The notes below the pieces were generated by a model, which was not told the origin of the DNA, did not search any database, and was given only the letters and a program-made list of their open reading frames with translations. Source: an uncultured Eubacteriales bacterium (GTDB lineage Bacteria; Bacillota; Clostridia; Christensenellales; UBA1242). From it: 64,000 nt of DNA. Below are positions 28,976 to 37,844 of this stretch, piece after piece. The stretch lies in contig CABSCS010000004.1 of NCBI GenBank assembly GCA_902476355.1, forward strand, positions 10,085-74,084, read 5' to 3'. Position numbers and translations under genes: made by a program. The first letter of the stretch is position 1; every line of letters begins with the position of its first letter.

Positions 28976-29382
28976 TTATCTTGGTCAAATTCGTACCTTC
29001 TTTGATTTTTTAGCAGTTCACTTGATAAAATTTATTCAAGTCAAGATTTATCGCCCATAAAACTTAAAATGACGGCTTATGTTTTCATAAAATTGCCGAC
29101 TGAAATATTACATATTTGAACTATTTTGATTTAAATTTGATTATTTTTGATTTTTATTTTGAAATCAAAATACGCAAAAGACTTTATTTTCCTAACTTTT
29201 TAATAAAATTTTGAAAATTTTTTTGTTTTTTCTGCCAAAATTTTACTAAGTAGGGTATATCGCTATTTGATATACCCAAAATATTTTTTAATAATTGGAG
29301 TTTTTAAATTCATCTATTTGACAACATAAAAAAGAGACACCTTTTCAAGTATCTCTAAAAAATATTGATTTTATATGCAAAG

Positions 29383-29430
29383 TGTCACACGTATCACACG
29401 TGTCACACTTGTGATACCAGTGTGTAATAC
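29383..29430. repeat. iteron-like 9-bp repeats TGTCACACG/TATCACACG/TGTCACACT followed by inverted copies
   Basis: Read directly: TGTCACACGTATCACACGTGTCACACTTGTGATACCAGTGTGTAATAC. Another GTGACAC lies near 29485. Confidence 0.6.
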
Positions 29431-29589
29431 ACCTAAACCCCTTTTACCTTACGTATTTTTGATACTTTTTTTTGAATTTTTAGATGTGACACCTTATATC
29501 TAATATTTGGTTTTATATATCAATAGAAGGTAACGTTAACACCCTCACATAAACAAAAAAGAACGGATTTTGTTCCGTTCTTATGGGTT

Positions 29590-32500
29590 TTATATAATTC
29601 CAAAGAATTTTTCGAAGAAGGCTAGAAGCTTTTCTATGATGTTTTTCTTCTTAATTTCACGATTGCCCTCGCCAAATCTTGACATTGCAGGCATAATTTT
29701 ATCTATATCAGTGCCTGTTGTTTTCATATTTCCATCTCTGAATGAATAATCTACAAACTTTCGTGTTTCAGAGTCTTTCAACCCTTCTTGAGATATTATT
29801 TGTACAAGTTCCTTTTCTTTTTGCTCAGAAACAAACTCATGCCATTCAATCATAACATCATCAACATCATTGATTCCTGCAATAAAGGTATCAATAAGTT
29901 GTTTTTTGCTTCTAAGTTGCAAACTACTATCTATTGCTTTATTAATTGAAACAAGTATTTCTTTGTCTTCGCAATGTGTGTCATGATATTTTTTAACTAG
30001 CAATAAGATGTAATCAATATTAATTTCAATTTGTTTTATAAGTTCAACTTCAAAAACAATGTCATCATTAATGTTTTCTTTATCTCCGTTATTGCGTCTG
30101 CGTTTCCATTCTTCATAAAGATCATTATATCTACCTTGATAATCCTGCAAATCTCTTTCTGTTAAGATTTCATTGCCAGCAAATTCATCAAATGAAGATA
30201 ATATATTACGCATTCTAAGTATTGCACCAAACAATCCAATAAAGTCTTTTTGTGCTTGTTCTCCATAAATTTGAGGTTCTGATAATGGATATTTATATTC
30301 AAGTTCTGCAATTAAATCCTTATATCCAGGTTTCTTATTTCCTTTTTCATCTGTATATCCTTCAAAATAGTCCTTAAAGCCTTTCATAAGGCAAATGCCA
30401 CCAGCATTTTTATCTCCAAACAAACTGATTGCATCATCAGTCCTTTTTTGTAGATTTCTAAAGCAAATTATATTTCCAAATGTCTTTATTGAATTAAGTA
30501 TTCTGTTTGTTCTTGAAAATGCTTGAATAAGTCCATGTTGTTTAAGATTTTTGTCAACCCACAAAGTATTGAGAGTAGTGGCATCAAATCCAGTTAAAAA
30601 CATATTAACAACAATCAATAAATCGATTTGTCTATTTTTCATTCTAAGTGAAACATCTTTGTAATAGTTTTGGAATCTATCACTAGATGTGTCATATTTA
30701 GTCTGAAACATCTCGTTGTAATCTTTTATTGCACCATCTAAGAAATCTCTTGAAGTATTGTCAAGTCTTGTTGTATCTTCACTGTTTTCTTCACCAAGTA
30801 TTCCATCGGATTCTTCTTCGTTTGCACCATAACTAAATATAGTTGCTATTTTAAGTTTCTTGCTTGGATTTTCTTTCATTTGCTTTTTAAATTCGTTATA
30901 GTATGCCTTTGCCGCATCAATAGAAGCAACGCAAAGCATAGAGTTAAATCCATTCAAATATAATTCATCTTTTTGTTCTTCAATTTTTTCATATCTTTTT
31001 GCACTGGCAACTTCAGTAATGTTTAATAAGCTGTTGAATGAATACATTTTTTCATTTCTATAAGTTTTGCTGTTGTAGTGATCTAAAATATAGCCTACAA
31101 TTTTACTTATTCTTTCAGGAGCCAAGAAAGCTTTTTCTCTGTCTATATCATTAACAGGCTTGTCATCAATGTCAGGCTCCTTGTCCATTGTTTTCACATA
31201 GTCAACCCTGAATGGCAAAACATTTTTGTCATTTATAGCATCTACTATTGTGTAGGTGTGTAGCATATCACCAAAAGCCTGTTCAGTAGTTCTTAATTGA
31301 ATATCTTTTCCACTGCTAGAATTTGCCGCAAAAATAGGTGTGCCAGTAAAACCAAACAAATGATAATTTTTGAATTTGCCTGTAATGGCTTTATGCATAT
31401 CGCCAAATTGTGACCTATGACATTCATCAAAGATAATTACAATATGTTTATTATAAATATCATGATCTTTATTTTTTGCAATAAATTTATCAAGTTTTTG
31501 AATTGTTGTGATAATAATTCTGCATTGGTCATTTTCTAGTTGTTTTTTAAGAATTGCAGTAGATGTGTTGCTGTTTGCCGCACCTTTTTCAAATCTGTCA
31601 TATTCTTTCATTGTTTGATAGTCAAGATCTTTTCTATCAACAACAAACAATACTTTATCTATAAAGGGCAGGTTAGTAGCAAGTTGAGCAGTCTTGAATG
31701 ATGTAAGTGTTTTACCACTGCCAGTTGTATGCCAAATATATCCACCAGCTTTGATAGTTCCATAAGTTTTATAATTGTTAGATACTTCAATTCTATTTAT
31801 AATTCTTTCAGTTGCAACAATTTGATATGGCCTCATAACTAAAAGCATATTTTCAGATGTAAAGACACAATATTTTGTTAGAATATTTAAAATAGTGTGC
31901 TTTGAGAAGAATGTTTTTGTGAAATCAACAAGGTCAGGAATAATTTTGTTGCTTCCGTCAGCCCAAAATGAAGTAAATTCAAAACTATTGCTAGTTTTAG
32001 ATTTTCTCGCTGATTGTTGTTTGTTAAAATCTTTAATATGATTCCATCTTGTTGTATTAGAGTAATACTTTGTATTTGTTCCATTAGAAATTACAAATAT
32101 TTGCACATATTCAAACAATCCACTTGATGCCCAAAAACTATCCCTTTGATATCTCTCTATTTGATTGAAAGCTTCACGAATTGCAACGCCGCGACGTTTT
32201 AATTCCACGTGAACCAGAGGAAGCCCATTAACCAAAATTGTTACATCATATCTTGTGTCATGATTACCATTTGTTTCTATGTATTGGTTTATTACTTGCA
32301 GTTTGTTGTTATGAATATTGGTTTTATCAATGAGTTTAATGTTTTTTGTTGTTCCATCATCTCTATGCAAAATTTGAATATAGTCTTCTTGAATCTTTCT
32401 TGTTTTTTCAACAATACCTTTGTTTTTACCTATTATGCATGAAGAAAGAAACTGATCCCATTCGCTATCAGAAAAATTGTATTTATTTAGTTCTTCAAGT

Positions 32501-32700
32501 TTCTTCCTTAAATTCAAAATCAAGTCATTTTCTGTGTGAATAGGTAAGTACTCATAACTTTGTGATTCAAGCAATTTAATAAACTCTTTTTCAAGTTCAG
32601 CTTCGCTTTGATACTTATCAGACTTGTTATTTGTAGGCTTATATTCAGCCATAACAGTGCTTTCACTAGATTCTGAAACTATGTTATAAAACGCCATCAT
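29590..32700 (-). CDS. hsdR: type I restriction enzyme R subunit
   Basis: 1036 aa. Nuclease region VDLVNGLPLVHVELKR-like (ILVNGLPLVHVELKRRG), helicase motifs TGSGKT, DECHRSQ, FTGTP, QAFSRTNR. Confidence 0.9.
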   Translation of the reverse strand: MMAFYNIVSESSESTVMAEYKPTNNKSDKYQSEAELEKEFIKLLESQSYEYLPIHTENDLILNLRKKLEELNKYNFSDSEWDQFLSSCIIGKNKGIVEKTRKIQEDYIQILHRDDGTTKNIKLIDKTNIHNNKLQVINQYIETNGNHDTRYDVTILVNGLPLVHVELKRRGVAIREAFNQIERYQRDSFWASSGLFEYVQIFVISNGTNTKYYSNTTRWNHIKDFNKQQSARKSKTSNSFEFTSFWADGSNKIIPDLVDFTKTFFSKHTILNILTKYCVFTSENMLLVMRPYQIVATERIINRIEVSNNYKTYGTIKAGGYIWHTTGSGKTLTSFKTAQLATNLPFIDKVLFVVDRKDLDYQTMKEYDRFEKGAANSNTSTAILKKQLENDQCRIIITTIQKLDKFIAKNKDHDIYNKHIVIIFDECHRSQFGDMHKAITGKFKNYHLFGFTGTPIFAANSSSGKDIQLRTTEQAFGDMLHTYTIVDAINDKNVLPFRVDYVKTMDKEPDIDDKPVNDIDREKAFLAPERISKIVGYILDHYNSKTYRNEKMYSFNSLLNITEVASAKRYEKIEEQKDELYLNGFNSMLCVASIDAAKAYYNEFKKQMKENPSKKLKIATIFSYGANEEESDGILGEENSEDTTRLDNTSRDFLDGAIKDYNEMFQTKYDTSSDRFQNYYKDVSLRMKNRQIDLLIVVNMFLTGFDATTLNTLWVDKNLKQHGLIQAFSRTNRILNSIKTFGNIICFRNLQKRTDDAISLFGDKNAGGICLMKGFKDYFEGYTDEKGNKKPGYKDLIAELEYKYPLSEPQIYGEQAQKDFIGLFGAILRMRNILSSFDEFAGNEILTERDLQDYQGRYNDLYEEWKRRRNNGDKENINDDIVFEVELIKQIEINIDYILLLVKKYHDTHCEDKEILVSINKAIDSSLQLRSKKQLIDTFIAGINDVDDVMIEWHEFVSEQKEKELVQIISQEGLKDSETRKFVDYSFRDGNMKTTGTDIDKIMPAMSRFGEGNREIKKKNIIEKLLAFFEKFFGII

Positions 32701-33149
32701 TTACTCCTTTATCATTTTCTGACAATACATTTTCCATTATCTTTTTCTTCTTGTTGTGATGTATCACAATAACCATAATTATGATGATAATTATGGCAAC
32801 GACCAAAACACCTAAAATCCACCATAAATAATCTCGAATAAATTTAAAAATTACAGTTAATAACATACCCACAAGTGTTGCTATAAAATTACTAAATTTT
32901 TTCTCATCATTTTTATTTGTAAAATTAAATACATTTGCAACAAGAAAAGGAACAACCCAAACAATAATTTTAACAATTAAACTAAAAAAGTTATTAAGTC
33001 CATTATCACAATATTTATAAGTAAAATACCATGTAAAAAATTCTGCAATTGCATCTGTAAACTTTCCAATAAAACCTATAAAATACAAAAAAACCAATAG
33101 CTGCAAATAATCCGACGATGCATGAAAATATTTGCTTTAATTTTCCCAT
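32684..33149 (-). pseudogene. small multi-TM membrane protein gene between hsdS and hsdR, split by a homopolymer frameshift
   Basis: ATG at 33149, 2 nt after the hsdS stop, gives MGKLKQIFSCIVGLFAAIGFF. After the T7 run (A7 at 33087-33093 on the + strand), the long ORF (track 32684-33106) continues in another frame. Removing one T fuses them. Confidence 0.5.
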
Positions 33150-33151
33150 TT

Positions 33152-34408
33152 TTATTTCTTTTCCTTAAAACTTAATAATTTGTTTCTGTAATATTCATAT
33201 TGTTTTTGTCTTGATTCAATCTCTGCTGGGAGTCCAATCCCTAAGTCCGAACATATCTTATCAAAATTATCCAAAACATTTACAATTCTTTCTTGAACTT
33301 CAATTGATGGAATTGGAAATTTTAAATCCCTAAATCTAACCATATCAACAATAGGTATTCCACCACTAAAATTTGAAACATTTTTACATTGCTTATCAAT
33401 TTCAAAACAATAATAAAATGCAAACTCTGGTGTAACCAAATTCTTATAGCTATCTTTGATACATAAATTTGTTAATTGCTGATTGCATAAAAAATCTGTT
33501 TTTATTATAGCATGCTCACCAATTGTAGCCGTAGTAGCCATTATTATTGAATTTTTCTTAAACAATCCTGATTTCTTAACAGCTAAATCTGTTACATGTT
33601 GAATTGCATCATTTAAAACTCTTCCATTTTGTCTAATATCTTCTAATCTAAACCAAGGAATTGTTCCTTTATTCCAAAATTCAGGGGTTGCTTTCGAAGG
33701 AGTATATCCACCTTTAATATCAAAAACTTCATTAAGTGTTTTCCATTCAATTTTTTCATTTTCAAATGCTAATAAATTATCTCTATAATATTCATACTGT
33801 TGTTTTCTAGCTGTAAGCTCTGCTGTAAGCTCTGCTGTAAGCTCTGCTGTAAGCTCTGTGAAATTGTCCAAAATTTGGACAATTTCTTCCTGCACCTCAA
33901 ATGGGGGCACAGGAATTTTTATTTTTTTCATTTTTTCTTTAGAAACATTAAATCTAGTAACACCACTTGCTGTTCTTCCTAACTCATAACGTAAAGTATC
34001 GCATCTAAATAAATGCTTTAGAAAATGTGGGTTAAACAATGTTTTATTATTTAATTCCCAAATGAAACAAAAACTATTTAAATAGTAATCTTCCAGTGGT
34101 TCTTCACATACAACTGATGAAATTGCACATTCATCTGGAGTTTCAGATGATCCAGTAAAAATAACGTCTAAATATTTTAACTTTCTCTGTTTTTCATTTA
34201 ATCCAATTTTTACTTTTGCTGTGTCATGTAAATCTAATGCCATATTTTTATAAACATTCATGTAGGTTATAAAATTAGCATTGCCATTAACAAAATCTTC
34301 TTTTTTCTTTCCTGTTAAACCACTATAAAATTCGCCAAGAACACCCAATTGCTCATATAAAACACCATCTGGGCAATACTTTTTAATTAGTTCTTCAATT
34401 TTGTTCAT
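33152..34408 (-). CDS. hsdS: type I restriction enzyme S (specificity) subunit
   Basis: Two target-recognition domains separated by conserved helices. Central IPVPPFEVQEEIVQILDNF...RKQQYEYYRDNLL. C-terminal IPSIEVQERIVNVLDNF...RQKQYEYYRNKLL. Confidence 0.9.
   Translation of the reverse strand: MNKIEELIKKYCPDGVLYEQLGVLGEFYSGLTGKKKEDFVNGNANFITYMNVYKNMALDLHDTAKVKIGLNEKQRKLKYLDVIFTGSSETPDECAISSVVCEEPLEDYYLNSFCFIWELNNKTLFNPHFLKHLFRCDTLRYELGRTASGVTRFNVSKEKMKKIKIPVPPFEVQEEIVQILDNFTELTAELTAELTAELTARKQQYEYYRDNLLAFENEKIEWKTLNEVFDIKGGYTPSKATPEFWNKGTIPWFRLEDIRQNGRVLNDAIQHVTDLAVKKSGLFKKNSIIMATTATIGEHAIIKTDFLCNQQLTNLCIKDSYKNLVTPEFAFYYCFEIDKQCKNVSNFSGGIPIVDMVRFRDLKFPIPSIEVQERIVNVLDNFDKICSDLGIGLPAEIESRQKQYEYYRNKLLSFKEKK
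33810..33857. repeat. four perfect tandem copies of the 12-bp unit GCTGTAAGCTCT inside hsdS (encodes ELTA/TAEL x4)
   Basis: Read directly. The protein reads FTELTAELTAELTAELTARKQQ. Confidence 0.95.
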
Positions 34409-35198
34409 TAGTTCCTCCTTCTTGATCCCAGCCTAGTGTTCCTATGGCTTCCATAATTTCTTCATCATTTTTTACCTTGTCTAATATTCCTATAATCAAT
34501 CTTTTAAGTGCGGGATATTTATTTAGTGCAACATCTTCGTTTTCAATATTGCCGTTATGAACAATATTGCTTAATTCTCTAAAAAGTAGGTACCTGTTTT
34601 GACGAAATTCATTTGGTATAATTCTATGTTTTTCATCGACTTTTTCTAGTATTTCCCTAAAAGGTTTTAAATCTCCATTGTCTTTATGAATTTCAATACC
34701 TTCTGCATTTGCAATTTGGTGTGTGATTCCTTCAAATATTTTTCTTAAATAAATCATTGCGGCAGATCCTAGTTGATTTCTAAATGAAATGTCTGCTTTT
34801 TCTAGCAGGTCTGTAAATTTGCCATAATTTCCAGTATTAAGAGATACATTTTCACTTAGTTTTTCAATTGCAAGTAGTAATCTAACATTATGATATGTTG
34901 TCTCATTAAAAGGCTTCTGACTTTCAACTAAAAACCACATGGGAATTGTTTCATCACATCCTGTACACTTTAACGTCGTTGAAATGCTTAACATTCTATT
35001 ATTTACTAATATACAGTGAATGTCATCCATTGAAACAAATGATGACGGTAAGTTGCATTTTTTACAAAAATATATCCTATTTACAGAGCCAGCATTTATT
35101 TTTCTAATTTTACCTATTTTTAATGGCGAGTTAATAAATTCCTCAATTAATTCAAAATTATCAGAAATAGGCTTAGACAAAATTTCATTAATTCTCAT
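34395..35198 (-). CDS. DUF4145-like (HEPN-like Rx6H) protein with an N-terminal Cys4 module, embedded between hsdM and hsdS
   Basis: CKKC...CTGC. C-terminal half IYLRKIFEGITHQ...FRELSNIVHNGN resembles DUF4145 as I recall it. The gene overlaps or abuts both neighbours. Confidence 0.5.
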   Translation of the reverse strand: MRINEILSKPISDNFELIEEFINSPLKIGKIRKINAGSVNRIYFCKKCNLPSSFVSMDDIHCILVNNRMLSISTTLKCTGCDETIPMWFLVESQKPFNETTYHNVRLLLAIEKLSENVSLNTGNYGKFTDLLEKADISFRNQLGSAAMIYLRKIFEGITHQIANAEGIEIHKDNGDLKPFREILEKVDEKHRIIPNEFRQNRYLLFRELSNIVHNGNIENEDVALNKYPALKRLIIGILDKVKNDEEIMEAIGTLGWDQEGGTNEQN

Positions 35199-35201
35199 TT
35201 G

Positions 35202-36785
35202 TTATTCTCCTATTTCTTTAATAATTTTATCTATAGACTCCCTTAATTTTTGTTCATGACTGACAATTTCACTTATTTTTGCATTTAATTCCTTTATATC
35301 AATCTTTTCTTTAGTATCTTCTTTTTCAACATAAGTAGAAACTGAAAGGTTATAGTTATTAGTTGCTATTTCTTCATTTGGAACAAGTTTTGCAATATTT
35401 TCAACATCTTTTCTATCTGAGAATAGTTCAAGAATTTTTTCAATATCTCCGCCTTTGCCAGTTCTTAATTTATTGTTGTTTGTAACCTTAACACAATATT
35501 TGCTTGCATCAATAAAGAGTGTAGCATTGTCTTTTTTAGACTTTTTCAAAACCATTATGCATGTTGCAATGCTTGTGCCAAAGAAAAGGTTATCTGGCAA
35601 TTGAATGATACAATCAATAAAGTTATTGTCTATTAAGTATTGTCGTATTTTTTGTTCTGCACCTCCACGATAGAATATTCCAGGGAAACATACTATTGCG
35701 GCTGTTCCGTTTGTTGCCAGCCAAGAAAGTGAGTGCATAACAAATGCAAGGTCTGCCTTGGATTTTGGAGCAAGAACACCTGCTGGTGAAAATCTTGGAT
35801 CATTTATAAGTTTAATATCATCATCACCAGGCCACTTTATTGAATATGGTGGATTTGAAACTATTGCTTCAAATGGTTCTTCGTCCCAGTGCTGTGGTGA
35901 AAGAAGTGTGTCGTCACAAGCAATGTTAAATTGATCATAATCAATATCATGCAAGAACATGTTAATTCTGCAAAGGTTGTAGGTTGTAAGATTTATTTCT
36001 TGACCAAAAAATCCTTGACGAACCTTATCCTTTCCAAGGACTTTTGCAAAGTTTAAAAGCAAAGATCCTGAGCCACATGCTGGATCGTAAACTTTATTAA
36101 CTTCCGTTTTGCCAACAAGTGTAAGCCTTGTCAATAATTCAGAAACTTCTTGTGGAGTATAGTATTCGCCACCAGATTTTCCTGCATTTGATGCATACAT
36201 GCCCATCAAAAACTCATAAGCATCACCAAAAGCATCAATCGTGTTGTCTTTATAGTTGCCAAGTTTCATTTCACCAATGTTATCTAAAATTTTAAGTAAC
36301 TTTTCATTTCTTTTAGCAACAGTAGCCCCCAGTTTATTTGAATTAACATCAATATCATCAAACAATCCTTTGAAATCATCTTCACTTTCACTACCTTTGG
36401 CAGAGTTCTCAATAGCTTGGAACACTTTTTCTAATGTTTCATTAAGATTTTCTTTATATTTTGGATATTTGTTAGCATTGGCTCTTACATTACAAAAAAG
36501 TTGGCTTGGCAAAATGAAAAACCCTTTTGTTTTTACCATGTCCTCACGAGCTTGTTCAGCTTCTGAATCACTTAATTTTGTATAATCAAAATCAGTTATT
36601 CCTGCATCATGTTCGCCTTTGTTTATATAATTTGCAATGTTTTCAGAGATGTATCTGTAAAACATAAAACCTAAAACATATTGCTTAAAATCCCAGCCAT
36701 CAACTGAGCCTCTTAAATCATTTGCAATATTCCAAATTGCTTTATGAAGTTCATCTCTTTCTTGTTCTTTAATGTTATTTGCCAT
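35202..36785 (-). CDS. hsdM: type I restriction-modification N6-adenine DNA methyltransferase subunit
   Basis: DPACGSGSLL (motif I), NPPYSIKW (motif IV), HsdM N-terminal helical domain. Confidence 0.9.
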   Translation of the reverse strand: MANNIKEQERDELHKAIWNIANDLRGSVDGWDFKQYVLGFMFYRYISENIANYINKGEHDAGITDFDYTKLSDSEAEQAREDMVKTKGFFILPSQLFCNVRANANKYPKYKENLNETLEKVFQAIENSAKGSESEDDFKGLFDDIDVNSNKLGATVAKRNEKLLKILDNIGEMKLGNYKDNTIDAFGDAYEFLMGMYASNAGKSGGEYYTPQEVSELLTRLTLVGKTEVNKVYDPACGSGSLLLNFAKVLGKDKVRQGFFGQEINLTTYNLCRINMFLHDIDYDQFNIACDDTLLSPQHWDEEPFEAIVSNPPYSIKWPGDDDIKLINDPRFSPAGVLAPKSKADLAFVMHSLSWLATNGTAAIVCFPGIFYRGGAEQKIRQYLIDNNFIDCIIQLPDNLFFGTSIATCIMVLKKSKKDNATLFIDASKYCVKVTNNNKLRTGKGGDIEKILELFSDRKDVENIAKLVPNEEIATNNYNLSVSTYVEKEDTKEKIDIKELNAKISEIVSHEQKLRESIDKIIKEIGE

Positions 36786-36801
36786 TGTTTACTCCTTGGT
36801 T

Positions 36802-37185
36802 TTAAATAAATTTTGAAATTATTGTTGCTATTAATGTTACAACTGCGATACCTGCAGAAACAAGTGCAATTATTAACATCTTTTTGTTGTATTTTTTACT
36901 TTGTTTTAATTCTTCTTTATTTTCTTCGAGTTCTTTGTTTTTTAACTCAAATAAATCATTAAGTTTTTTATAATTTGCTTCTGATTGTTTTAAGTTGCTT
37001 TGTAATATTTCAATTTGTTTGTTTTGAGTATTCAGATATTGTCTTTTTTCTTGTTCTTGTTCGTAAGCGATCGCTTGAGCTAACTTTTTATTTTTTTCAT
37101 CTTGAATATATCCCGCCTGGGCAGAATTAACAAAATTATAATTTGTTTGACTATCAATTATTTCTTTTATAGTTTCGTAGTTCAT
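36802..37185 (-). CDS. coiled-coil protein with a C-terminal TM anchor
   Basis: Heptad-rich Q/K/E sequence, then MLIIALVSAGIAVVTLIATIISKFI. 16 nt upstream of hsdM. Confidence 0.5.
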   Translation of the reverse strand: MNYETIKEIIDSQTNYNFVNSAQAGYIQDEKNKKLAQAIAYEQEQEKRQYLNTQNKQIEILQSNLKQSEANYKKLNDLFELKNKELEENKEELKQSKKYNKKMLIIALVSAGIAVVTLIATIISKFI

Positions 37186-37196
37186 GATATCTCTCT

Positions 37197-37844
37197 TTAT
37201 TTATTTTCTAATCTATCTCTTAATTCTGTTAAAACTTCACCATTGTACGAAAAATGCAGAGGTCCTTGAACTCGTGATGGTCTGCCAAGTAATTGTTGTG
37301 CTAGATTACTTAGATGATATTCTTTTCCTTCATATTCAACAAGTCTATCGTCATTAAGAACTTTAACCTTAATTGTAGGATCGTGAATATATTCTAAGAA
37401 TTCTCCAGGTTTAATTCCAAGATTTTTGAATGTAAATTTTGGACGTCTTATGGAATTTGCAAGTTCATCTTCAGTTTTATCTTTACTGCTGATTTCGTAA
37501 AGAGTCAATCTGTCTGTAGTATCAGTTAGCTCTGCAATGAGTTCTAATGCGTGGTAAGCCTTGTCTGGTTGCATCGCATAAAACTCTTTAACTCTCTTTT
37601 TGCCATTTAATTCATCGACAGCTCTTAAGTTGGCGTCGAACATATCAAGTAGTGAGTGCAACTTTTTATCTGCTAATCTATTTGGAACTTCATAAGTGGC
37701 GTAAAGTCTGAATGCAAATGGTGTGCATTCAGTTCTATTTAATTGGTTTAATCTTTTTTCTACATCATCTGCATAGCCAATTTTCACATATTCTGGAAAA
37801 GATGGGTTTGTTAAAATATAAATATATCCTGCAGTTTCTTCCAT
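37197..37844 (-). CDS. GIY-YIG (T5orf172/MUG113-type) domain protein, first gene of the RM operon
   Basis: GYIYILTNPSFPEYVKIGYADDVEKRLNQLN. Start set at the ATG after the GGAGG RBS. Confidence 0.6.
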   Translation of the reverse strand: MEETAGYIYILTNPSFPEYVKIGYADDVEKRLNQLNRTECTPFAFRLYATYEVPNRLADKKLHSLLDMFDANLRAVDELNGKKRVKEFYAMQPDKAYHALELIAELTDTTDRLTLYEISSKDKTEDELANSIRRPKFTFKNLGIKPGEFLEYIHDPTIKVKVLNDDRLVEYEGKEYHLSNLAQQLLGRPSRVQGPLHFSYNGEVLTELRDRLENK

